From: Allosphingosinicella sp.
Lineage (GTDB): Bacteria > Pseudomonadota > Alphaproteobacteria > Sphingomonadales > Sphingomonadaceae
Assembly (NCBI GenBank): GCA_036399975.1
Contig: DASWLZ010000037.1
Location: forward strand, 37,900-101,899
DNA length: 64,000 nucleotides
Direction of reading: 5' to 3'
In this document: positions 27,493 to 36,505 of the stretch, one piece after another
Position numbering within the stretch: the first letter of the stretch is position 1
Layout of the letters: each line of letters starts with the position of its first letter
Program-made: the position numbers and the translations under genes
Notes under the pieces: model-generated
What the model saw: only the letters and a program-made list of their open reading frames with translations
Databases searched by the model: none
Told to the model about the DNA's origin: nothing

Positions 27493-27506
27493 GGTAACCG
27501 GTGTCA
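27493..27506. promoter_or_regulatory. LacI-type operator GGTAACCGGTGTCA
   Basis: Motif copy upstream of uxaC. Confidence 0.8.
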
Positions 27507-27539
27507 TGGCCGCGCGCAAGACTTTGCGGTCAGCGCTTT

Positions 27540-28598
27540 CTAGACCTTCGGGGCTTGGGCGACGGAGGCCCGCTTCACCAGGCGCGAGAGGAAGAGCGAA
27601 GGCTCCGCCACCTCGTCGCCCTCGACCGCGAGCAGCTTCAGCGCCGCCGCCCGGGCCATGGAGACGATCGGCCAGCGCACCGTCGTCAGCGGCGGCCACA
27701 AATGGCCGGCGATCGGCGTGTCGTCGAAGCCGACGATGGAAAGCTGCTCGGGAACGTCGATCCCGCGCTCGCGAGCCGCGTGTATGACGCCCGCCGCCAT
27801 TTCGTCGTTGCTGGCGAATATGGCGGTCGGCCGAGGCGACAGGTCGAGCAGCTTCTCCGCCGCGGCGATCCCCGATTCGAACGTGTAATTGCCCTCGGCG
27901 ATCAGGCTTCGCGGGAGCTTGATGGAGGCGGCGGCGAGCGCGTCCTCGAAGCCCTTGCGGCGCTCGGCCGCCGAGCGGAAGCCGTGCGGCCCGGCGATCA
28001 GGCCGATCAGCCTGTGCCCCTGGGTGATCAGATACTGGACCGCGTCGGCCACCGCTTCGCGGTCGTTCGAGACGACCATGTGGTCGGGATCGTCGAGCTC
28101 GGCCGAGCCCATCCGGACGTAGCGGCAGCCGACCTCGTCGCACAGCCGGGCGAAGGCATCGTTCTCGGAAAGCGGCGGAAGAATGACGACTCCGTAGGGC
28201 CGCTGCCGCTCGAGGAAATAGCGCACGTCGTCCATCAGCCCCGAGGAGCCGCGGTCGACCGGCCTGACGACCATCGCGAAATCGCTCCCCTGAAGCGCCT
28301 CCAATATGCCCTGCTGGACATTGAGCACCATCTGCGCGTTGGGATTGTCGTGGATGAGGCCGATGAGGAAGTTGGTCCTGAGCGCGAGCGCCCGCGCCTG
28401 CGGATTGGGGACGTAGCCGAGCTCGCGGATCACCTCGAGCACGCGCTTCCTGGTCTCGTCGTTGAGCAGCGGCGAGCGATTGATGACCCGGCTCACCGTC
28501 TTCTTCGAGACGCCCGACAGGCGCGCCACGTCGTTGATCGTCGGCTTGCCCGTCCGCCGCCGGCCGTTGCCGGTCTCTTCGTCCGTCCTGCTGCTCAA
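27540..28598 (-). CDS. humR: LacI-family transcriptional repressor (HumR-like hexuronate regulator)
   Basis: TINDVARLSGVSKKTVSRVIN helix-turn-helix, YVPN..AR.L hinge, sugar-binding domain; sits between uxaC and divergent uxaA as in Caulobacter; TTG start after GGGAG; symbol assigned by synteny. Confidence 0.85.
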   Translation of the reverse strand: MSSRTDEETGNGRRRTGKPTINDVARLSGVSKKTVSRVINRSPLLNDETRKRVLEVIRELGYVPNPQARALALRTNFLIGLIHDNPNAQMVLNVQQGILEALQGSDFAMVVRPVDRGSSGLMDDVRYFLERQRPYGVVILPPLSENDAFARLCDEVGCRYVRMGSAELDDPDHMVVSNDREAVADAVQYLITQGHRLIGLIAGPHGFRSAAERRKGFEDALAAASIKLPRSLIAEGNYTFESGIAAAEKLLDLSPRPTAIFASNDEMAAGVIHAARERGIDVPEQLSIVGFDDTPIAGHLWPPLTTVRWPIVSMARAAALKLLAVEGDEVAEPSLFLSRLVKRASVAQAPKV

Positions 28599-28689
28599 TC
28601 GACGTCTCCCGACGGCAACCCTAGCCGAGCCGAGGCCCCTGCAAAAGCCGCCGACGCTCACCTTGCCCGCAACGGCGACAGACGCTACA

Positions 28690-28703
28690 TGACACCGGTT
28701 ACC
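28690..28703. promoter_or_regulatory. LacI-type operator TGACACCGGTTACC overlapping the putative uxaA promoter
   Basis: Overlaps the -10 of TTGCCC-17 nt-TACATG (28663-28691). Confidence 0.8.
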
Positions 28704-28705
28704 AG

Positions 28706-30223
28706 ATGACACAAGCCGAGCCTCTCGACCGCGCCGCTCCAACCGGGAGCCTGCTGCTCCTCGACCCGGGGGACGACGTCGCCGTGGCTTTGCGCGAGCT
28801 TGAAGCCGGTGAGCGGCTGCCGCTCGCCGGTCGCGAGGTCATGATCGTCGAACCCGTGCCGAACGGCCACAAGGTCGCTTTGCGCGACCTCGCGCCGGGC
28901 GAAGCGGTCCGAAAGTTCGGTTGGCCGATCGGCTCGGCCACCGTCGCCGTGAAGGCCGGCGAGCATGTCCATTCGCACAATCTCGCCACCCGCCTCGCCG
29001 GGGTCGAAGGCTATCGCTTCGAGCCCGGTGCCGAAACGCCGCTGCCGCAGCCGCGGCCGCTGAGCTTCCTCGGCTACAGGCGGGGCGACGGGCGGGTCGG
29101 CACGCGCAACGAGATCTGGATCCTCCCGACCGTCGGCTGCGTCGCCCGCACCGCCCAGAAGATCGCGGCCATCGCCCACGCCCGCCACAGCGGCAGCGTC
29201 GACGGGGTCCATGCCTTCTCCCATCCGTTCGGCTGCTCCCAGCTCGGCGACGACCTCGCGGGCACCCGGTCGATGCTCGCCGCCCTCGCCTGCCATCCCA
29301 ATGCCGGCGGAGTCCTGCTCGTCGGCCTCGGCTGTGAATCGAACCAGCTCGACCGGCTCCTCGCCGAGATACCGGAGGCGCTTCGCGGCCGGGTGCGGGC
29401 GCTGCGGGCCCAGCAGGCCGGGGACGAGATCGAGGAAGGGGTGGCCCTGGTCGACGGCCTCGTCGCCACGGCCGCTTTGGCGCGGCGGCAGCCGGTGGGG
29501 CTGGGCGAGCTCGTGCTCGGCCTCAAATGCGGCGGCTCCGACGGCTATTCGGGTTTGACCGCGAACCCGCTCGTCGGCCGGATGGCGGACCTGGTGGTCG
29601 GCTCCGGCGGAAGCGCCATCCTCAGCGAAATCCCGGAAGTGTTCGGCGCCGAGCGGCTGCTGATGGCCCGGGCCCGCGACGAGCGGGTGTTCGACTCGAT
29701 CGTCGGCGTGGTGAACGACTTCAAGCGCTACTTCCTCGCTTATGGCGAGCCGGTCTCGGAGAACCCCTCCCCCGGCAACATCGCCGGCGGGATCACGACG
29801 CTCGAGGAGAAGTCGCTGGGCGCGGTCCAGAAGGCGGGTCACGCCCGGGTCGACGACGTGCTTCGCTACGGCGAGCGGGTCCGGCGGCGAGGCCTGACCC
29901 TGCTCGAGGCGCCCGGCAACGACGCCGTCTCCTCCACGGCTCTGGCCGCGGCCGGGGCGACCCTGATCCTGTTCACGACCGGCCGGGGCACTCCGCTCGG
30001 CTTCCCGGTGCCGACGGTGAAGATCGCGTCCAACAGCGGCCTCGCCGCCGGCAAGGCCGGCTGGATCGATTTCGACGCCGGGCGGGTGCTCGCCGAAGGG
30101 GTCGAGCCGGTGGCCGAGGCGCTGGCGGACCGGATCGCCGCCATCGCCTCCGGCGAGGAGACGGCGGCCGAGCGCAACGGCGAGCGCGAGATCGCGATCT
30201 GGAAGCGCGGAGTCACGCTGTGA
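28706..30223 (+). CDS. uxaA: Altronate dehydratase
   Basis: N-terminal SAF domain (GHKVA, HSHNL), GTRN, HPFGCSQLGDD, CGGSDG, NPSPGN..GG.TTLEEKSLG. Confidence 0.93.
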   Translation: MTQAEPLDRAAPTGSLLLLDPGDDVAVALRELEAGERLPLAGREVMIVEPVPNGHKVALRDLAPGEAVRKFGWPIGSATVAVKAGEHVHSHNLATRLAGVEGYRFEPGAETPLPQPRPLSFLGYRRGDGRVGTRNEIWILPTVGCVARTAQKIAAIAHARHSGSVDGVHAFSHPFGCSQLGDDLAGTRSMLAALACHPNAGGVLLVGLGCESNQLDRLLAEIPEALRGRVRALRAQQAGDEIEEGVALVDGLVATAALARRQPVGLGELVLGLKCGGSDGYSGLTANPLVGRMADLVVGSGGSAILSEIPEVFGAERLLMARARDERVFDSIVGVVNDFKRYFLAYGEPVSENPSPGNIAGGITTLEEKSLGAVQKAGHARVDDVLRYGERVRRRGLTLLEAPGNDAVSSTALAAAGATLILFTTGRGTPLGFPVPTVKIASNSGLAAGKAGWIDFDAGRVLAEGVEPVAEALADRIAAIASGEETAAERNGEREIAIWKRGVTL

Positions 30224-31587
30224 CCGGGATCGTCCATTTCGGCCCCGGCGCCTTCCACCGCGCCCATCAGGCCGATTATGTCGACCGTCTCCTGGCTCAG
30301 GACCCGCGCTGGACGATCGCCGCAGTCTCGCTCCGCTCGGCCGGGACGATCGAGGCGCTGAGGCGGCAGCAGGGCCGCTACACGCTCGCCATCCTCGACG
30401 AGGAAACCCGCTTCCGGACCCTTCGGGTCCACGACCGCTTCCTCGGCCCCGGCGAGGGCTCGGCCGTGCGCCGGCTGCTCGCGGATCCGGAGGTCCGGAT
30501 CGTCTCGAGCACCGTCACCGAGAAAGGCTATTGCCTGGCCGGCGACGGAAGCCTCGATCTCGCCCACCCCGACATCGTCCACGATCTCGCCGCGCCGGAA
30601 GCGCCGGTGAGCCTCGTCGGCTGGCTGGCGCTGGGCCTTCGCGACCGGCGCGCCTGCGGGCTGCCGCCCTTCACTCCCTTATGCTGCGACAACATGGCGT
30701 CGAACGGGAAGAAGCTTCGCGCCGCCACCCTCGCCTTCGCCGGCCGCATCGACCCAGAGCTCACCCGCTGGATCGGCGGCGAGGCCGCCTTCCCCGACAC
30801 GATGGTCGATTCGATCACTCCGGCGACCGACGAGCGCCTCCGCCGCATGGTCCGGGAGAAGACCGGCTTCGACGACGCAATCCCAGTGGCCCGAGAGGCC
30901 TATTCGGCCTGGGTGATCGAGGACCTGCCCGGCTCGGCCTTGCCCGACTTCGCCACCGCCGGCGCGGTCATGGCCGCGGACGTCGGCGCCTGGGAGAAGG
31001 CCAAGCTGAGGATCCTCAACGGCGCCCATTCGACCCTCGCCTATCTCGGCCTGCTTCTCGGCCACGAGACCGTCGCCGACGCGATGGCAGATGCGCAGCT
31101 CGCCGGCTTCGTCGAGCGCCTGATCCGCGACGACATCGTCGCGACCCTGGAGCCGTCGCCGCTCGACCTCCACGACTATTCCCGAGAAATCCTAGACCGC
31201 TTCCGCAATCCGGCGATCGCCCACAAGCTCTCGCAGATCGCTTGGGATGGTTCCCAGAAGCTGCCCTACCGGCTGCTCGACACCATCGCCGAGGCTCGGG
31301 CGGCGGGACGACCGATCGACCGGCTGGCGGTGCCGGTCGCCGGCTGGCTCGCCTTCGTGTCCCTGCGCGCCCGAGCCGGCGGCGAGATCGTCGACCCCTT
31401 GGCGCCGACGCTGGCCGAGCTCGGGCGCTGCAGCGACTCGCCGCAGGCCCTCCTCGGCCTCAGGCAGATATTTCCCGAAGCGCTGGCTTCGGACCCCTCC
31501 TTCGCCGAGGCCGCCGCCGCCGCCGCCGGGCTGATCATCCGGGACGGGCCGCGCGTCCTGCTCGACAGGGAACTGGCCCATGCGTGA
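30220..31587 (+). CDS. uxuB: Mannitol dehydrogenase family protein (fructuronate/tagaturonate reductase)
   Basis: HFGPGAFHRAHQA, TVTEKGY, CDN, MVDSITP, KLRILNGAHS, IAWDGSQKL; GTGA coupling. Confidence 0.85.
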   Translation: MTGIVHFGPGAFHRAHQADYVDRLLAQDPRWTIAAVSLRSAGTIEALRRQQGRYTLAILDEETRFRTLRVHDRFLGPGEGSAVRRLLADPEVRIVSSTVTEKGYCLAGDGSLDLAHPDIVHDLAAPEAPVSLVGWLALGLRDRRACGLPPFTPLCCDNMASNGKKLRAATLAFAGRIDPELTRWIGGEAAFPDTMVDSITPATDERLRRMVREKTGFDDAIPVAREAYSAWVIEDLPGSALPDFATAGAVMAADVGAWEKAKLRILNGAHSTLAYLGLLLGHETVADAMADAQLAGFVERLIRDDIVATLEPSPLDLHDYSREILDRFRNPAIAHKLSQIAWDGSQKLPYRLLDTIAEARAAGRPIDRLAVPVAGWLAFVSLRARAGGEIVDPLAPTLAELGRCSDSPQALLGLRQIFPEALASDPSFAEAAAAAAGLIIRDGPRVLLDRELAHA

Positions 31588-32203
31588 CCTCGATTCGATC
31601 CTCGCCGCCTCGCCAGTCATCCCCGTGCTCGTCGTCGACCGGGTCGAGGACGCCGTTCCGATCGCCGAGGCGCTGGTCGCGGGCGGCCTTCCCGTGCTTG
31701 AAGTGACCCTTCGCACCCCGGCCGCCCTGGATGTCATCCGGGCCATGCGGTCGGTCCAGGGCGCCATCGTCGGAGCCGGCACGATCCTCAACGCGCACGG
31801 CCTCGAGAAGGCCGTGGCCGCCGGCGCCGAGTTCGCGGTGAGCCCGGGCCTGACGGAGGCGCTCGGCCGGGCGGCGGCCGAGTCTCCCGTTCCGCTCCTC
31901 CCAGGGGTTGCCAATGCGAGCGACATCATGCGGGCGCTCGATCTCGGCTTCGCCCGGCTGAAATTCTTCCCGGCCGCAGCCTCGGGAGGCCTTGCCGCCC
32001 TCAAGGGGTTCAGCGCCGTCTTCGGCTCGGTCCGCTTCTGCCCGACGGGCGGGATCAGCCTGGAAACGGCACCGGACTGGCTCGCGATCCCCTCCGTCGC
32101 CTGCGTCGGCGGAAGCTGGCTCGTCCCCTCGGGAGAGGCGCTCGATCCGGCCCGGATCCGCGAGCGCGCCCGGGCCGCAGCCAGGCTTCGTCCGGCGCCG
32201 TGA
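31580..32203 (+). CDS. eda: KDPG/KHG aldolase
   Basis: EVTLRT, GAGT, VSPG, KFFPA, FCPTGGI. Confidence 0.95.
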   Translation: MRDLDSILAASPVIPVLVVDRVEDAVPIAEALVAGGLPVLEVTLRTPAALDVIRAMRSVQGAIVGAGTILNAHGLEKAVAAGAEFAVSPGLTEALGRAAAESPVPLLPGVANASDIMRALDLGFARLKFFPAAASGGLAALKGFSAVFGSVRFCPTGGISLETAPDWLAIPSVACVGGSWLVPSGEALDPARIRERARAAARLRPAP

Positions 32204-32246
32204 AAAGGCTGGCGGCGTGGCAGCCCACAAGCCTGAGAGTTGCCAA

Positions 32247-32260
32247 TGACACCGGTTTCC
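32247..32260. promoter_or_regulatory. LacI-type operator TGACACCGGTTTCC within a promoter spacer
   Basis: Lies between TTGCCA (32240) and TAGCTT (32263), 17-nt spacer. Confidence 0.8.
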
Positions 32261-32295
32261 GCTAGCTTGCCGAAAATAGAGTCCGAGGGCCCGAA

Positions 32296-33102
32296 GTGAA
32301 TTTGGTTGTCAGCGATCCGGCGCAAATCGCCGGCCGATTTCTGTCCGCGCGCCGGTCCGCGAGCGGCCTTGCCGAGTATCCGGGGCCGTTTCCCGCGACC
32401 CTGGAGGAAGCCTATCGGATCCAGGACCAGGCGATCGCCGCCTGGGGAAAGCCGGTGATCGGATGGAAGGTCGGCCGGATCAACCCGCCGCTCTCCGAGC
32501 AGTTCGGCACCGACCGTCTCGCCGGCCCGATCTTCGCCTCGACGGCGGCCGAGGCGGGCGAGCCATGCATGCCCGTCTTCGCCGAGGGGTTCGCCGCCGG
32601 CGAGGCCGAGTTCCTCCTGCGCATCGCCCGCACGCCCGAGCCGGGAAAGCGGCGATTCTCCCTCGACGAATCGGCCGACCTGATCGAGGCGGTCCATGTC
32701 GGGATCGAGATCGCCAGCTCGCCTCTGGGGGCGATCAACCGGCTCGGGCCGATCGCGGTGATCTCCGATTTCGGCAACAATAACGGCCTGGTGATCGGGG
32801 CCGCGATTCCCGACTGGCGGTCCCGCGGCTTCGAGCAATGGGAGGTGACGACACTGCTCGACGGCGCCGAGGCCGGCACCGGCCGAGCCTCGTCCTTTCC
32901 CGACGGGGCGATCGGGGCCGCGCGCTTCCTGTTCGAGCTTATGGCGAGCCGCGGGATTGCCCTCCAGGCGGGCCAGTGGATTTCTTCGGGCGCCGTCACC
33001 GGGGTGCACGACGCACGTCCGGGTCAGCGCGTCGAAGCCCGCTTCGGGGACGGCTATCGGGTCGCCTGCACCCTCAGTGCGGCGAGCGCAGAGGCGGGGT
33101 AG
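32296..33102 (+). CDS. FAH-superfamily 2-keto-4-pentenoate hydratase-like protein
   Basis: AY.IQD, GWKVG, EAEF, IEIASS, DFGNN, SGAVTG. Confidence 0.8.
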   Translation: MNLVVSDPAQIAGRFLSARRSASGLAEYPGPFPATLEEAYRIQDQAIAAWGKPVIGWKVGRINPPLSEQFGTDRLAGPIFASTAAEAGEPCMPVFAEGFAAGEAEFLLRIARTPEPGKRRFSLDESADLIEAVHVGIEIASSPLGAINRLGPIAVISDFGNNNGLVIGAAIPDWRSRGFEQWEVTTLLDGAEAGTGRASSFPDGAIGAARFLFELMASRGIALQAGQWISSGAVTGVHDARPGQRVEARFGDGYRVACTLSAASAEAG

Positions 33103-33105
33103 AAC

Positions 33106-33191
33106 CCGTCATAGCGAGGAGCGTAGCGACGCGGCAATCCAGCGGGCCTCCGAAGCTGCGCTGGATTGCTTCGCTTCGCTCGCAATGACGG
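33106..33191. repeat. REP-like inverted repeat between convergent genes
   Basis: CCGTCATAGCGAG..GCAATCCAGC / GCTGGATTGC..CTCGCAATGACGG. Confidence 0.75.
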
Positions 33192-33707
33192 CTAATGCAC
33201 CCACTCCCGGGTCAGCACCTCGGCGGCCTTCCCGTCCCACTTGATCTCGAGCTTGCTCTGCTTCGCGTCGTAAAGCTCGTAGATGACCAGGCCGTCGCCC
33301 TGGCGGCTCTCGATCACCCGACCGGCGGGAAAGCTCCCCGCCGCCTTGCGCACCGCCTCCGGCGCGGCCGCGAGCTGGATGTCGCGCTGGGTCTCGACGA
33401 CCCGCCAGCGCCCGCCTTCCTCCATGATGTCGAACTCGACCTCCGACCCGTCGGCAACTTTGCCGCCGACGTCGAAATAGCGGCGGCCGTCGCGGGTCTC
33501 GGCTTCCGCCTCCGCCGGGGTGAAGCCCGGCTGCGCCGAGGCGGCCGCCGCGAGCACCTCCGCGGGCACCTGGGCGAGCGGCACCTCGGTCTTCCCCGAG
33601 GTCTCGACCTTGTTGCCGGCTGGCGATTCGCTCTCGCCCGCGGGCGCCGTCTGTGCGCAGGCCGCGAGCGCGTAAGCGGCCGTGGCGGCAAGAATAAATC
33701 TTCTCAT
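33192..33707 (-). CDS. Hypothetical lipoprotein (PepSY/BLIP-like repeats)
   Basis: Lipobox LAAC; two similar P..V..A repeats; GGGGAG RBS. Confidence 0.65.
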   Translation of the reverse strand: MRRFILAATAAYALAACAQTAPAGESESPAGNKVETSGKTEVPLAQVPAEVLAAAASAQPGFTPAEAEAETRDGRRYFDVGGKVADGSEVEFDIMEEGGRWRVVETQRDIQLAAAPEAVRKAAGSFPAGRVIESRQGDGLVIYELYDAKQSKLEIKWDGKAAEVLTREWVH

Positions 33708-33752
33708 GGCGAACTCCCCGGCGGGTCCTTTCCGCCTCAGCCGGATTGTATA

Positions 33753-33766
33753 TGACACCGGTTTCC
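33753..33766. promoter_or_regulatory. LacI-type operator TGACACCGGTTTCC within the exuT promoter spacer
   Basis: Lies between TTGTAT (33746) and TACAAG (33769), 17-nt spacer. Confidence 0.8.
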
Positions 33767-33815
33767 TCTACAAGCTCCGGCGAAGGCGTCAAAAGGCGCC
33801 GCGGAGGGTGTTGGA

Positions 33816-35123
33816 ATGGCTGAGACTGTCGCCGGGGGAGCGCCTTCGAGCGCGTCCAAGTTCACGGGAGGGCGGGTGCGCTGGGGCATCTGCGCGCTGC
33901 TCTTCTTCGCCACCACCATCAATTATATCGACCGCCAGATGATCAGCGTCCTCAAGCCGACGCTTCAGGGCGAATATGGCTGGGACGAGACGACCTATGC
34001 CAACATCGTCTTCTCCTTCCAGCTCGCCTACGCGATCGGCTATGTCGTCTTCGGGCGGCTGATCGACAAGCTCGGCGCCCGCTTCGGCTATTCGCTGGCC
34101 GCGACGATCTGGGGCGTTGCCGCCATGGCTCATGCCCTCGCCAACAACGCCACCCACTTCATGATCGCGCGCTTCGCGCTCGGAATTGGCGAATCGGGCA
34201 ACTTCCCGGCCGGCGTGAAAGCCGTGGCCGAGTGGTTCCCGAAGAAGGAGCGCGCCTTCGCGATCGGGATCTTCAACGCCGGCGCCAATATCGGCGCCAT
34301 CCTCACCCCGCTGATCGCGCCCTTCCTGGTGATGTGGTTCGGCTGGCGGGTCGCGTTCCTGTTCACCGGAGCGATCGTCTTCCTCTGGGTCGTCCTCTGG
34401 TGGACCGTCTACCGCCGCCCGCGCGAGAAGAAGAACCTCTCGGCCGAGGAGCTCGCCTATATCGAGAGCGACCCCGCCGACGCGCCGGGCGACGTCAAGT
34501 GGCTGCCGCTGCTTCGTCACCGCCAGACCTGGGCCTATGCGATCGGCAAGTTCATGATCGATCCGATCTGGTGGTTCTTCCTGTTCTGGCTGCCGAGCTT
34601 CTTCGCGCAGGAGCATGGCCTGAACCTGCTCACCTTCGGGCTTCCGCTCGCCGCCATCTACATCATTTCCGATGTCGGCAGCGTCGGCGGCGGCTGGCTG
34701 TCGTCGAAGCTCATCCAACGCGGCTGGAGCGTCAACAAGGCGCGCAAGACGGCGATGCTGGTCTGCGCCTTGTGCGTGCCGCCGGTGATGCTTGCGCCGG
34801 GCGTCGAGAGCGTGTGGGGCGCGGTGCTCCTGATCGGCCTCGCCACGGCCGCCCACCAGGGCTTCTCCGCAAACCTCTACACCATCCCGTCCGACCTTTT
34901 CCCGCGCAAGGCGGTCGGCGCCATCATCGGCATCGGCGGCACCATCGGCGCCGTCGGCGGGATGTTCATGGCCAAGTTCACCGGCTGGGTCCTCGACGCC
35001 ACCGGAAGCTACATGCCGATGTTCGTCATCGCCGGCTCGAGCTATCTGCTCGCCCTGCTCGTCATCCACCTGCTGGTGCCGCGGATGGAAGAGGCGAAGC
35101 TGGGCGACGAAGTGCAGGCCTGA
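33816..35123 (+). CDS. exuT: Hexuronate MFS transporter
   Basis: INYIDRQ, GESGNFP, EWFPKKER, DPIWWF..FWLP; about 12 TM segments. Confidence 0.9.
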   Translation: MAETVAGGAPSSASKFTGGRVRWGICALLFFATTINYIDRQMISVLKPTLQGEYGWDETTYANIVFSFQLAYAIGYVVFGRLIDKLGARFGYSLAATIWGVAAMAHALANNATHFMIARFALGIGESGNFPAGVKAVAEWFPKKERAFAIGIFNAGANIGAILTPLIAPFLVMWFGWRVAFLFTGAIVFLWVVLWWTVYRRPREKKNLSAEELAYIESDPADAPGDVKWLPLLRHRQTWAYAIGKFMIDPIWWFFLFWLPSFFAQEHGLNLLTFGLPLAAIYIISDVGSVGGGWLSSKLIQRGWSVNKARKTAMLVCALCVPPVMLAPGVESVWGAVLLIGLATAAHQGFSANLYTIPSDLFPRKAVGAIIGIGGTIGAVGGMFMAKFTGWVLDATGSYMPMFVIAGSSYLLALLVIHLLVPRMEEAKLGDEVQA

Positions 35124-35130
35124 GCGTGCC

Positions 35131-35261
35131 CAAATCCTCCCCTGCATGTGCAGGGGAGGGGGACCATGCGAAGCATGGTGGAGGGGCTCTTCCGGAGTCC
35201 GAAGAACCCCTCCACCGCGCTTCGCGCGGTCCCCCTCCCCCGGAAATCCGGGGGAGGAATT
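35131..35261 (+). repeat. CIR/REP-like palindromic element, family A copy 3
   Basis: Reverse-complement match to 16625-16754; central GAGTC. Confidence 0.85.
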
Positions 35262-35266
35262 AGGAG

Positions 35267-36025
35267 ATGCCCGACGATCCCGCCTTCTACGTCTTCGCCA
35301 TTCCGGCAGTAATTCTGATCGGCCTGGCGAAGGGCGGCTTCTCCGGCCTCGGCGCCCTCGGCACGCCGCTGATGGCGATCGGCATCGGGGATCCCATCAA
35401 GGCGGCCGCCGTCCTCCTCCCGATCCTGATCGTCCAGGACGTCATCGGAGTCGCCGCCTTTCGCAAGAGCTGGGACGGCCGCGTCCTGGCCGCAATGCTT
35501 CCGGGCGCCGTTGTCGGAATAGCTCTGGGCTATCTGCTGGCCGCGCGGATCTCCCCGCAGGCGGTGATGGCCGTGCTCGGCGCCATCTCGATCCTTTTCG
35601 GCGCCTACCGGCTTTGGGCGGAGCGGGGCGGGCGGATCGCCGCCTCGTCGAACAGCCCTTCCTGGGTCGGGGGCCTGTTCGGAGTCGCGACCGGCTTCAC
35701 CAGCCAGATCGCCCATGCCGGCGGGCCGCCCTTCCAGATGTGGGTGATGCCCAGGAAGCTCGAGCGGAACGTGTTCGTCGGAACGTCGGCCATCTTCTTC
35801 GCCGCCGTCAACTGGATCAAGGTCCCCGCCTATCTGGCGCTTGGCCAGTTCACGGGCGAGAACGCCCTCGCCGCCGCCGTCCTCCTGCCGGTCGCCATCC
35901 TCTCCAGCCTCGCGGGCTTGCGGCTCGTCCGCCGGGTGCCGGTCGAGCGCTTCTACAGGATCGTCTACGTCCTCATGATCCTCGCCGGTGGCAAGCTGCT
36001 GCTCGACGGCCTCGGAATCGGCTGA
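35267..36025 (+). CDS. TauE/SafE (TSUP) family membrane protein
   Basis: G.AKGGF.G, LLPILI.QD, HAGGPP; hydrophobic; AGGAG RBS. Confidence 0.85.
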   Translation: MPDDPAFYVFAIPAVILIGLAKGGFSGLGALGTPLMAIGIGDPIKAAAVLLPILIVQDVIGVAAFRKSWDGRVLAAMLPGAVVGIALGYLLAARISPQAVMAVLGAISILFGAYRLWAERGGRIAASSNSPSWVGGLFGVATGFTSQIAHAGGPPFQMWVMPRKLERNVFVGTSAIFFAAVNWIKVPAYLALGQFTGENALAAAVLLPVAILSSLAGLRLVRRVPVERFYRIVYVLMILAGGKLLLDGLGIG

Positions 36026-36034
36026 GGGCGGATT

Positions 36035-36409
36035 TCAGCGGCGGCGGTAGGGCGTGAAATCCCTCAGCACGCACCAGGGTCCCGGGATGCTCGAGCCCGC
36101 TTCGACCGCCCTCACCCGGTCGCCGCGGCAATATTGGCTTCCGTTCGCTTCCACGATGAGGGTGCTGAACGGCCTCAATCCCGGGCAATCCGATTCGAGC
36201 CGGTTGACCCAGATCGTGTCGCCTTGGCGGGAGACGATCGTCTGCCGGTCGGAGACGGTCAGCCCCTGGGACTGAGTCCCGGCGATGCAGCTTCGCGGCT
36301 CGCCGGCCACCCGCTCGCCGAGCTCCCGGCTCAGCGCGTCGGCTTCCCTGGAGTCAGGCGGCGTGGCCGCGCAGCCGCACAGAACGATCGTCATCAGGAA
36401 AATCCGCAT
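36035..36409 (-). CDS. Hypothetical lipoprotein
   Basis: Lipobox-like LCGC; four spaced cysteines (SCI, CPGL, YCRGD, WC.L..F.PY). Confidence 0.7.
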   Translation of the reverse strand: MRIFLMTIVLCGCAATPPDSREADALSRELGERVAGEPRSCIAGTQSQGLTVSDRQTIVSRQGDTIWVNRLESDCPGLRPFSTLIVEANGSQYCRGDRVRAVEAGSSIPGPWCVLRDFTPYRRR

Positions 36410-36471
36410 AGGCCGACCTTTCGTTCAGCATCAACGGACGACAACGCCGCCAGTGCCGTGCGCTAAAGCGA

Positions 36472-36485
36472 TGACACCGGTATCA
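36472..36485. promoter_or_regulatory. LacI-type operator TGACACCGGTATCA
   Basis: Motif copy 20 nt upstream of the PL1 lyase. Confidence 0.8.
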
Positions 36486-36505
36486 TACGCTGCTACAAGT
36501 CTCCC

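Noticed and set aside
16625-35261. Repeated palindromes as a CRISPR array or IS ends
   Set aside because: Copies are dispersed, with no repeat-spacer periodicity, no cas genes and no transposase
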